Source of the DNA: the human T2T-CHM13v2.0 reference genome, Homo sapiens
Reading direction: 5' to 3' (one strand)
Length of the DNA stretch: 64,000 nt
Assembly (NCBI RefSeq): GCF_009914755.1
Contig: NC_060948.1
Shown here: positions 12,063-24,882 of the stretch, in pieces
Layout: every line of letters begins with the position of its first letter
How positions within the stretch are numbered: the first letter of the stretch is position 1
Translations under genes and position numbers: made by a program
Notes under the pieces: model-generated
What the model saw: the letters and a program-made list of their open reading frames with translations, nothing else
Database searches by the model: none
Told to the model about the DNA's origin: nothing

Positions 12063-15000
12063 GGCCTGGAATAAAGTGGAATGCTACGGTCTCGAATGGA
12101 ATAAAAATGTATGGAATGGAATGCAATGAAACGGAATCGAATGTCATAGAATGTAATGGAATGCAACACAATGGAATCCAAAATCATTGACTGGAAAGGC
12201 TGGGTGTCGAAAGGAATTGACTCCAATGGAATGGAATCGAATGGAATGGAAGTGAATAGAATCGAACTAAATCGAATGGAATGGAATTGATAGGAACGGA
12301 ATGGAAAGGAATGCAATGATTTGGCATGGAATGGAATCGAATGGCATCGAATGGAATGGAATGGAATGCAATGGAATGGAATGTATTAGAATGTAATGAA
12401 CTTTAATGGAATGTACTCGAATGGATTCGACTGGAATGGAATGTTCTGGAAGTGAATGGACTCCAATGGAATGGATTCAAAAGGAATGGAATCGTACGGA
12501 ATGGAATCTAATGGAATGGAATTAAATGGAAACGAATCAAATTGAATAGCACGGAATTGAATTGAATGGAATGGAATGCAATGGAATCTAATGAAACGGA
12601 AAGGAAAGGAATGGAATGGAATGGAATGGGCTGGAATGGAAAGGAATCGAAACGAATGGAATGGAATCGAACTGAAGAGACTGGAATGGAATGCACTGGA
12701 ATGGAAGGGAGTGTAATGGAAGGTTCTCGAAAATAATGGAATCGAATGGAATGGAATTGAATGGAACGGAATAGAGTCGAATGGAATTGAATGGAATGGA
12801 ATGGACTAGAGTGAAATGGAATCGAACCACAAGGAATGGACAGGAATAGAATGGTCTCGAATTGAATGGAACCGTATGGAATGGCATCAAACGGAATGGA
12901 ATGGACAGCCACGGAATGGAATGCACTCGAATGCAATGGAGTCGAAACTAATGGACTGGAATAGAATGGACTCGACTGGTACGGACTCCAATGGAATGGA
13001 ATCGAATGGAAGGGAATCGAACGGAATGGACTCGAAGGGAAAAGACTGCAATGGAAAGGTCTCGAATGGAATGGAAATTAATGGAATGGAATGGAATCGA
13101 ATGAAATGGAGTCAAAAGGAATGGAATCGAATGGCAAGAAATCGAATGTAATGGAATCGCAAGGAATTGATGTGAACGGAACGGAATGGAATGGAATCCA
13201 AAGGAATGGAATAGAATGGAATGGAATCGAATGGAAAGGACTCGAATGGAAATCACTCGAATAGAATGCAATTTAATAAAATAGGATCAAATGTAATGGA
13301 ATGGAATGGAAAGGAATCGAAACGAAAGGAATGGAGACAGATGGAATGGAATGGAACAGAGAGCAATGGTATAGAATGGAATGGAATCATCTGGAATGGA
13401 ATTGAATGGAATGGAATAATATGAAATGGAATGGAATGGAATGGAATGGAATGCCCTTGAATTAAATGGACTGGAATGGAATGGACTCGAACAGAGTGGA
13501 ATGGAAAGTGTTGAGATAGAATGGAATGGACTCCTTTGGAATGGTCTAGTATGCAATGCAATCGACTGTCAGGGAATCAAAAGGAATGAAATCGAATGGA
13601 TTGGACTGGAATGCAATGGACTCGAATAGATTGGAAACGGAATGCAAAGGAATGGAATGGAATAGTATGGAATGGAATGGAAAGGAATGGAGTGGAATAG
13701 ACTAGAGTGGAATGGAATGGACTGGAAAGCAATGGACTGGAATGGAACTTTCTTGGATGGACTGGAATCAAACGGAATGGAATGCAATGCAATCAAATGG
13801 CATGGAATAAAATAGAATGAAAGAGAATCAAATGGAATTGAATCGAATGGAATCGAATGGATTGTAAAGGAATAGAATGGAATGGAATGGAATTGACTCA
13901 AATGGAATGGACTAGAATGGAATGGATTCGAATGGAAGGCAAAGGAATGGAATCTATTGGAATGGACTGTAATGGAATGGAATGGAAGGGATTGGAATGG
14001 ACTCGAATGGAATGGACTGCAATAGAAAGGATTCGAATGGAATGAAAAAGAATTGAATGGAATAGAACAGAATGGAATCAAATCGAATGAAATGGAATGG
14101 AATAGAAAGGAATGGAATGAAATGGAATGGAAAGGATTCGAGTGGAATGCAATCGAATGGAATGGAATCGAACGGAATGGAATAAAATGGAAGAAAACTG
14201 GCAAGAAATGGAATCGAAATGAATGGAGTGTTATGGAACGGACTCAAAAGGAATTGAATGTAATAGAATGGAGTGGAGTGGACTCGAATATAATGGACTG
14301 GAATGGAATGAAATCACATGGAATGGGAACGAATGGAATGGAATGGAAAGGAATGGAATCGAATGGAAAGGAATCGAATGGAAGGGAATGAAATTGAATC
14401 AACAGGAATGGAAGGGAATAGAATAGACGGTAATGGAATGGACTCGAATAGAATGGACACGAATGCTCAAATTGAATGGATTCGAATGGAATGGAAACGA
14501 AAGGAATGTCATCGAATGGAATTGAATCGATTGGAATGAAATCGCATAGAATGGAGTGGAATCAAATGGAATTGAATCGAAAGGAAAGGAAGCGAATGGA
14601 CTGAAATGAAATGGAATGGAATTGAATGGAAAGTAATGCAATGGAATAGAATGGAACGAAATTTCACGGAATGGAATCAAACTGAATGGAATCAAATCAA
14701 TGGAATCTAATCAAATGGAATGGAAAGGAATTGAATGGAGTAGATTGGATTGGATGGGATTGGAATGAAATGTACTGGAAAGGACTCGAATTTCATGAAA
14801 CGGAATGGAATGAATTGGAACGGAATGGACTCGAATGGAATGGAATGTCATGGAATGGCATCGAATGGAATGGCATCAAATGGAATGGAATCGAATGCAA
14901 TGGAATGTTATGGAATGGAATGGAATGCATTGGAATGGAATGTCCTCTAATGGAATGGATTCGAGTGGAATGGAATCGAATATAATGGAGTCGAATGAAA

Positions 15001-15626
15001 TGGAATTGAAAGGAATGGGATCGAATAGAATGGAATATACTGGAATGTAATGTAATGAACACGAATGTAATTGACTGGAATGGAATGTACATGAATGGAA
15101 GGTAATCGAATGGAAAGTAATCCAATGGAATAGAATCTAATGCAATAAAACCGAATCAGATAGAGTAGAATGTAATGGAATGGAGTGCAGTGCAATGGAA
15201 TGGAATGGAATTGAATGCAATGGAATGGAATGGAATGGAATGGAATGGAATGGAATGGAATGGAATGGAATGGTATGGAATGGATAGTAATGGACTGGAG
15301 TGAAATGGACTGGAAAGGAATGGACTCAAATTGAAAGGGCTCGAAAGGAATGGAGTCAAATGGAATGGTCTGGAATGGAATGAACACGAATGTAATGCAA
15401 TCCAATAGAATGGAATCGAATGGCATGGAATATAAAGAAATGGAATCGAAGAGAATGGAAACAAATGGAATGGAATTGAATGGAATGGAATTGAATGGAA
15501 TGGGAACGAATGGAGTGAAATTGTATGCAGTAGAAGGGAATAGAATGGAATGCAAGCGAAAGGAAAGGAATGGATTGGAATGGAATGGAATTCATTGGAA
15601 TGGAAGGGAATGTAGTGTAATGGACA
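12063..15626. repeat. DYZ1 monomer 4 (3564 bp, A)
   Basis: HaeIII interval. Confidence 0.9.
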
Positions 15627-18600
15627 GGCCTGGAATAAAGTGGAATGCTACGGTCTCGAATGGAATAAAAATGTATGGAATGGAATGCAATGAAACGGAA
15701 TCGAATGTCATAGAATGTAATGGAATGCAACAAAATGGAATCCAAAATCATTGACTGGAAAGGCTGGGTGTCGAAAGGAATTGACTCCAATGGAATGGAA
15801 TCGAATGGAATAGAAGTGAATAGAATCGAACTAAATCGAATGGAATGGAATTGATAGGAACGGAATGGAAAGGAATGCAATGATTTGGCATGGAATGGAA
15901 TCGAATGGCATCGAATGGAATGGAATGGAATGCAATGGAATGGAATGTATTAGAATGTAATGAACTTTAATGGAATGTACTCGAATGGATTCGACTGGAA
16001 TGGAATGTTCTGGAAGTGAATGGACTCCAATGGAATGGATTCAAAAGGAATGGAATCGTACGGAATGGAATCTAATGGAATGGAATTAAATGGAAATGAA
16101 TCAAATTGAATAGCACGGAATTGAATTGAATGGAATGGAATGCAATGGAATCTAATGAAACGGAAAGGAAAGGAATGGAATGGAATGGAATGGGCTGGAA
16201 TGGAAAGGAATCGAAACGAATGGAATGGAATCGAACTGAAGAGACTGGAATGGAATGCACTGGAATGGAAGGGAGTGTAATGGAAGGTTCTCGAAAAAAA
16301 TGGAATGGAATGGAATGGAATTGAATGGAACGGAATAGAGTCGAATGGAATTGAATGGAATGGAATGGACTAGAGTGAAATGGAATCGAACCACAAGGAA
16401 TGGACAGGAATAGAATGGTCTCGAATTGAATGGAATCGTATGGAATGGCATCAAACGGAATGGAATGGACAGCCACGGAATGGAATGCACTCGAATGCAA
16501 TGGAGTCGAAACTAATGGACTGGAATAGAATGGACTCGACTGGTACGGACTCCAATGGAATGGAATCGAATGGAAGGGAATCGAACGGAATGGACTCGAA
16601 GGGAAAAGACTGCAATGGAAAGGTCTCGAATGGAATGGAAATTAATGGAATGGAATGGAATCGAATGAAATGGAGTCAAAAGGAATGGAATCGAATGGCA
16701 AGAAATCGAATGTAATGGAATCGCAAGGAATTGATGTGAACGGAACGGAATGGAATGGAATCCAAAGGAATGGAATAGAATGGAATGGAATCGAATGGAA
16801 AGGACTCGAATGGAAATCACTCGAATAGAATGCAATTTAATAAAATAGGATCAAATGTAATGGAATGGAATGGAAAGGAATCGAAACGAAAGGAATGGAG
16901 ACAGATGGAATGGAATGGAACAGAGAGCAATGGTATAGAATGGAATGGAATCATCTGGAATGGAATTGAATGGAATGGAATAATATGAAATGGAATGGAA
17001 TGGAATGGAATGGAATGCCCTTGAATTAAATGGACTGGAATGGAATGAACTCGAACAGAGTGGAATGGAAAGTGTTGAGATAGAATGGAATGGACTCCTT
17101 TGGAATGGTCTAGTATGCAATGCAATCGACTGTCAGGGAATCAAAAGGAATGTAATCGAATGGATTGGACTGGAATGCAATGGACTCGAATAGATTGGAA
17201 ACGGAATGCAAAGGAATGGAATGGAATAGTATGGAATGGAATGGAAAGGAATGGAGTGGAATAGACTAGAGTGGAATGGAATGGACTGGAAAGCAATGGA
17301 CTGGAATGGAACTTTCTTGGATGGACTGGAATCAAACGGAATGGAATACAATGCAATCAAATGGCATGGAATAAAATAGAATGAAAGAGAATCAAATGGA
17401 ATTGAATCGAATGGAATCGAATGGATTGTAAAGGAATAGAATGGAATGGAATGGAATTGACTCAAATGGAATGGACTAGAATGGAATGGATTCGAATGGA
17501 AGGCAAAGGAATGGAATCTATTGGAATGGACTGTAATGGAATGGAATGGAAGGGATTGGAATGGACTCGAATGGAATGGACTGCAATAGAAAGGATTCGA
17601 ATGGAATGAAAAAGAATTGAATGGAATAGAACAGAATGGAATCAAATCGAATGAAATGGAATGGAATAGAAAGGAATGGAATGAAATGGAATGGAAAGGA
17701 TTCGAATGGAATGCAATCGAATGGAATGGAATCGAACGGAATGGAATAAAATGGAAGAAAACTGGCAAGAAATGGAATCGAAATGAATGGAGTGTTATGG
17801 AACGGACTCAAAAGGAATTGAATGTAATAGAATGGAGTGGAGTGGACTCGAATATAATGGACTGGAATGGAATGAAATCACATGGAATGGGAACGAATGG
17901 AATGGAATGGAAAGGAATGGAATCGAATGGAAAGGAATCGAATGGAAGGGAATGAAATTGAATCAACAGGAATGGAAGGGAATAGAATAGACGGTAATGG
18001 AATGGACTCGAATAGAATGGACACGAATGCTCAAATTGAATGGATTCGAATGGAATGGAAACGAAAGGAATGTCATCGAATGGAATTGAATCGATTGGAA
18101 TGAAATCGCATAGAATGGAGTGGAATCAAATGGAATTGAATCGAAAGGAAAGGAAGCGAATGGACTGAAATGAAATGGAATGGAATTGAATGGAAAGTAA
18201 TGCAATGGAATAGAATGGAACGAAATTTCACGGAATGGAATCAAACTGAATGGAATCAAATCAATGGAATCTAATCAAATGGAATGGAAAGGAATTGAAT
18301 GGAGTAGATTGGATTGGATGGGATTGGAATGAAATGTACTGGAAAGGACTCGAATTTCATGAAACGGAATGGAATGAATTGGAACGGAATGGACTCGAAT
18401 GGAATGGAATGTCATGGAATGGCATCGAATGGAATGGCATCAAATGGAATGGAATCGAATGCAATGGAATGTTATGGAATGGAATGGAATGCATTGGAAT
18501 GGAATGTCCTCTAATGGAATGGATTCGAGTGGAATGGAATCGAATATAATGGAGTCGAATGAAATGGAATTGAAAGGAATGGGATCGAATAGAATGGAAT

Positions 18601-19180
18601 ATACTGGAATGTAATGTAATGAACACGAATGTAATTGACTGGAATGGAATGTACATGAATGGAAGGTAATCGAATGGAAAGTAATCCAATGGAATAGAAT
18701 CTAATGCAATAAAACCGAATCAGATAGAGTAGAATGTAATGGAATGGAGTGCAGTGCAATGGAATGGAATGGAATTGAATGCAATGGAATGGAATGGAAT
18801 GGAATGGAATGGAATGGAATGGAATGGTATGGAATGGATAGTAATGGACTGGAGTGAAATGGACTGGAAAGGAATGGACTCAAATTGAAAGGGCTCGAAA
18901 GGAATGGAGTCAAATGGAATGGTCTGGAATGGAATGAACACGAATGTAATGCAATCCAATAGAATGGAATCGAATGGCATGGAATATAAAGAAATGGAAT
19001 CGAAGAGAATGGAAACAAATGGAATGGAATTGAATGGAATGGAATTGAATGGAATGGGAACGAATGGAGTGAAATTGTATGCAGTAGAAGGGAATAGAAT
19101 GGAATGCAAGCGAAAGGAAAGGAATGGATTGGAATGGAATGGAATTCATTGGAATGGAAGGGAATGTAGTGTAATGGACA
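15627..19180. repeat. DYZ1 monomer 5 (3554 bp, A)
   Basis: HaeIII interval. Confidence 0.9.
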
Positions 19181-21308
19181 GGCCTGGAATAAAGTGGAAT
19201 GCTACGGTCTCGAATGGAATAAAAATGTATGGAATGGAATGCAATGAAACGGAATCGAATGTCATAGAATGTAATGGAATGCAACAAAATGGAATCCAAA
19301 ATCATTGACTGGAAAGGCTGGGTGTCGAAAGGAATTGACTCCAATGGAATGGAATCGAATGGAATGGAATGGAAAGGAATGGAGTGGAATAGACTAGAGT
19401 GGAATGGAATGGACTGGAAAGCAATGGACTGGAATGGAACTTTCTTGGATGGACTGGAATCAAACGGAATGGAATACAATGCAATCAAATGGCATGGAAT
19501 AAAATAGAATGAAAGAGAATCAAATGGAATTGAATCGAATGGAATCGAATGGATTGTAAAGGAATAGAATGGAATGGAATGGAATTGACTCAAATGGAAT
19601 GGACTAGAATGGAATGGATTCGAATGGAAGGCAAAGGAATGGAATCTATTGGAATGGACTGTAATGGAATGGAATGGAAGGGATTGGAATGGACTCGAAT
19701 GGAATGGACTGCAATAGAAAGGATTCGAATGGAATGAAAAAGAATTGAATGGAATAGAACAGAATGGAATCAAATCGAATGAAATGGAATGGAATAGAAA
19801 GGAATGGAATGAAATGGAATGGAAAGGATTCGAATGGAATGCAATCGAATGGAATGGAATCGAACGGAATGGAATAAAATGGAAGAAAACTGGCAAGAAA
19901 TGGAATCGAAATGAATGGAGTGTTATGGAACGGACTCAAAAGGAATTGAATGTAATAGAATGGAGTGGAGTGGACTCGAATATAATGGACTGGAATGGAA
20001 TGAAATCACATGGAATGGGAACGAATGGAATGGAATGGAAAGGAATGGAATCGAATGGAAAGGAATCGAATGGAAGGGAATGAAATTGAATCAACAGGAA
20101 TGGAAGGGAATAGAATAGACGGTAATGGAATGGACTCGAATAGAATGGACACGAATGCTCAAATTGAATGGATTCGAATGGAATGGAAACGAAAGGAATG
20201 TCATCGAATGGAATTGAATCGATTGGAATGAAATCGCATAGAATGGAGTGGAATCAAATGGAATTGAATCGAAAGGAAAGGAAGCGAATGGACTGAAATG
20301 AAATGGAATGGAATTGAATGGAAAGTAATGCAATGGAATAGAATGGAACGAAATTTCACGGAATGGAATCAAACTGAATGGAATCAAATCAATGGAATCT
20401 AATCAAATGGAATGGAAAGGAATTGAATGGAGTAGATTGGATTGGATGGGATTGGAATGAAATGTACTGGAAAGGACTCGAATTTCATGAAACGGAATGG
20501 AATGAATTGGAACGGAATGGACTCGAATGGAATGGAATGTCATGGAATGGCATCGAATGGAATGGCATCAAATGGAATGGAATCGAATGCAATGGAATGT
20601 TATGGAATGGAATGGAATGCATTGGAATGGAATGTCCTCTAATGGAATGGATTCGAGTGGAATGGAATCGAATATAATGGAGTCGAATGAAATGGAATTG
20701 AAAGGAATGGGATCGAATAGAATGGAATATACTGGAATGTAATGTAATGAACACGAATGTAATTGACTGGAATGGAATGTACATGAATGGAAGGTAATCG
20801 AATGGAAAGTAATCCAATGGAATAGAATCTAATGCAATAAAACCGAATCAGATAGAGTAGAATGTAATGGAATGGAGTGCAGTGCAATGGAATGGAATGG
20901 AATTGAATGCAATGGAATGGAATGGAATGGAATGGAATGGAATGGAATGGAATGGTATGGAATGGATAGTAATGGACTGGAGTGAAATGGACTGGAAAGG
21001 AATGGACTCAAATTGAAAGGGCTCGAAAGGAATGGAGTCAAATGGAATGGTCTGGAATGGAATGAACACGAATGTAATGCAATCCAATAGAATGGAATCG
21101 AATGGCATGGAATATAAAGAAATGGAATCGAAGAGAATGGAAACAAATGGAATGGAATTGAATGGAATGGAATTGAATGGAATGGGAACGAATGGAGTGA
21201 AATTGTATGCAGTAGAAGGGAATAGAATGGAATGCAAGCGAAAGGAAAGGAATGGATTGGAATGGAATGGAATTCATTGGAATGGAAGGGAATGTAGTGT
21301 AATGGACA
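19181..21308. repeat. Short DYZ1 monomer 6 (2128 bp; lacks 1426 bp)
   Basis: Junction at 19359-19369 joins ...GACTCCAATGGAATGGAATCGA to ...TGGAAAGGAATGGAGTGGAATAGACTAG. Confidence 0.9.
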
Positions 21309-24300
21309 GGCCTGGAATAAAGTGGAATGCTACGGTCTCGAATGGAATAAAAATGTATGGAATGGAATGCAATGAAACGGAATCGAATGTCATAGAATGT
21401 AATGGAATGCAAAAAAATGGAATCCAAAATCATTGACTGGAAAGGCTGGGTGTCGAAAGGAATTGACTCCAATGGAATGGAATCGAATGGAATGGAAGTG
21501 AATAGAATCGAACTAAATCGAATGGAATGGAATTGATAGGAACGGAATGGAAAGGAATGCAATGATTTGGCATGGAATGGAATCGAATGGCATCGAATGG
21601 AATGGAATGGAATGCAATGGAATGGAATGTATTAGAATGTAATGAACTTTAATGGAATGTACTCGAATGGATTCGACTGGAATGGAATGTTCTGGAAGTG
21701 AATGGACTCCAATGGAATGGATTCAAAAGGAATGGAATCGTACGGAATGGAATCTAATGGAATGGAATTAAATGGAAATGAATCAAATTGAATAGCACGG
21801 AATTGAATTGAATGGAATGGAATGCAATGGAATCTAATGAAACGGAAAGGAAAGGAATGGAATGGAATGGAATGGGCTGGAATGGAAAGGAATCGAAACG
21901 AATGGAATGGAATCGAACTGAAGAGACTGGAATGGAATGCACTGGAATGGAAGGGAGTGTAATGGAAGGTTGTCGAAAAAAATGGAATCGAATGGAATGG
22001 AATTGAATGGAACGGAATAGAGTCGAATGGAATTGAATGGAATGGAATGGACTAGAGTGAAATGGAATCGAACCACAAGGAATGGACAGGAATAGAATGG
22101 TCTCGAATTGAATGGAATCGTATGGAATGGCATCAAACGGAATGGAATGGACAGCCACGGAATGGAATGCACTCGAATGCAATGGAGTCGAAACTAATGG
22201 ACTGGAATAGAATGGACTCGACTGGTACGGACTCCAATGGAATGGAATCGAATGGAAGGGAATCGAACGGAAGGGAATCGAACGGAATGGACTCGAAGGG
22301 AAAAGACTGCAATGGAAAGGTCTCGAATGGAATGGAAATTAATGGAATGGAATGGAATCGAATGAAATGGAGTCAAAAGGAATGGAATCGAATGGCAAGA
22401 AATCTAATGTAATGGAATCGCCAGGAATTGATGTGAACGGAACGGAATGGAATGGAATCCAAAGGAATGGAATAGAATGGAATGGAATCGAATGGAAAGG
22501 ACTCCAATGGAAATCACTCGAATAGAATGCAATTTAATAAAATAGGATCAAATGTAATGGAATGGAATGGAAAGGAATCGAAACGAAAGGAATGGAGACA
22601 GATGGAATGGAATGGAACAGAGAGCAATGGTATAGAATGGAATGGAATCATCTGGAATGGAATTGAATGGAATGGAATAATATGAAATGGAATGGAATGG
22701 AATGGAGTGGAATGCCCTTGAATTAAATGGACTGGAATGGAATGGACTCAAACAGAGTGGAATGGAAAGTGTGGAGATAGAATGGAATGAACTCCTTTGG
22801 AATGGTGTAGTATGCAATGCAATCGACTGGCAGGGAATCAAAAGAAATGTAATCGAATGGATTGGACTGGAATGCAATGGACTCGAATAGATTGGAAACG
22901 GAATGCAAAGGAATGGAATGGAATAGTATGGAATGCAATGGAAGGGAATGGAGTGGAATAGACTAGAGTGGAATGGAATGGACTGGAAAGCAATGGACTG
23001 GAATGGAACTTTCTTGGATGGACTGGAATCAAACGGAATGGAATGCAATGCAATCAAATGGCATGGAATAAAATAGAATGAAAGAGAATCAAATGGAATT
23101 GAATCGAATGGAATCGAATGGATTGGAAATGAATAGAATGGAATGGAATGGAATTGACTCAAATGGAATGGACTAGAATGGAATGGATTCGAATGGAAGG
23201 CAAAGGAATGGAATCTATTGGAATGGACTGTAATGGAATGGAATGGAAGGGATTGGAATGGACTCGAATGGAATGGACTGCAATAGAAAGGATTCGAATG
23301 GAATGAAAAAGAATTGAATGGAATAGAACAGAATGGAATCAAATCGAATGAAATGGAATGGAATAGAAAGCAATGGAATGAAATGGAATGGAAAGGATTC
23401 GAATGGAATGCAATCGAATGGAATGGAATTGAACGGAATGGAATAAAATGGAAGAAAACTGGCAAGAAATGGAATCGAAATGAATGGAGTGTTATGGAAC
23501 GGACTCAAACGGAATTGAATGTAATAGAATGGAGTGGAGTGGACTCGAATATAATGGACTGGAATGGAATGAAATCACATGGAATGGGAACGAATGGAAT
23601 GGAATGGAAAGGAATGGAATCGAATGGAAAGGAATCGAATGGAAGGGAATGAAATTGAATCAACAGGAATGGAAGGGAATAGAATAGACTGTAATGGAAT
23701 GGACTCGAATAGAATGGACACGAATGCTCAAATTAAATGGACTCGAATGGAATGGAAACGAAAAGAATGTCATCGAATGGAATTGAATCGATTGGAATGA
23801 AATCGCATAGAATGGAGTGGAATCAAATGGAATTGAATCGAAAGGAAAGGAAGCGAATGGACTGAAATGAAATGGAATGGAATTGTATGGAAAGTAATGC
23901 AATGGAATAGAATGGAACGAAATTTCACGGAATGGAATCAAACTGAATGGAATCAAATCAATGGAATCAAATCAAATGGAATGGAAAGGAATTGAATGGA
24001 GTAGATGGGATTGGATGGGATTGGAATGAAATGTACTGGAAAGGACTCGAATTTCATGAAACGGAATGGAATGAATTGGAACGGAATGGACTCGAATGGA
24101 ATGGAATGTCATGGGATGGCATCAAATGGAATGGCATCAAATGGAATGGAATCGAATGCAATGGAATGCTGTGGAATGGAATGGAATGCATTGGAATGGA
24201 ATGTCCTCTAATGGAATGGATTCGAGTGGAATGGAATTGAATATAATGGAGTCGAATGAAATGGAATTGAAAGGAATGGGATCGAATACAATGGAATATA

Positions 24301-24882
24301 CTGGAATGTAACGTAATGAACTCGAATGTAATTGACTGGAATGGAATGTACATGAATGGAATGTAATCGAATGGAAAGTAATCCAATGGAATAGAATCTA
24401 ATGCAATAAAATCGACTCAGATAGAGTAGAATGTAATGGAATGGAGTGCAGTGCAATGGAATGGAATGGAATGGAATGCAATGGAATGGAATGGAATGGA
24501 ATGGAATGGAATGGAATGGGATGGAATGGTATGGAATGGATAGTAATAGACTGGAGTGAAATGGACTGGAAAGGAATGGACTCAAATTGAAAGGGCTCGA
24601 AAGGAATGGAGTCAAATGGAATGGTCTGGAATGGAATGAACACGAATGTAATGCAACCCAATAGAATGGAATCGAATGGCATGGAATATAAAGAAATGGA
24701 ATCGAAGAGAATGGAAACAAATGGAATGGAATTGAATGGAATGGAATTGAATGGAATGGGAACGAATGGAGTGAAATTGTATGCAGTAGAAGAGAATAGA
24801 ATGGAATGCAAGCGAAAGGAAAGGAATGGATTGGAATGGAATGGAATTCATTGGAATGGAAGGGAATGTAGTGTAATGGACA
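21309..24882. repeat. DYZ1 monomer 7 (3574 bp, B1)
   Basis: HaeIII interval; first copy with the 15-bp duplication at 22254-22283. Confidence 0.9.

Noticed and set aside
18910-19896. Longest ORF (328 aa) and the 319-aa ORFs at 47522 and 57204
   Set aside because: They are long only because deletion junctions removed stop codons; the sequence is the same low-complexity FHSIP.
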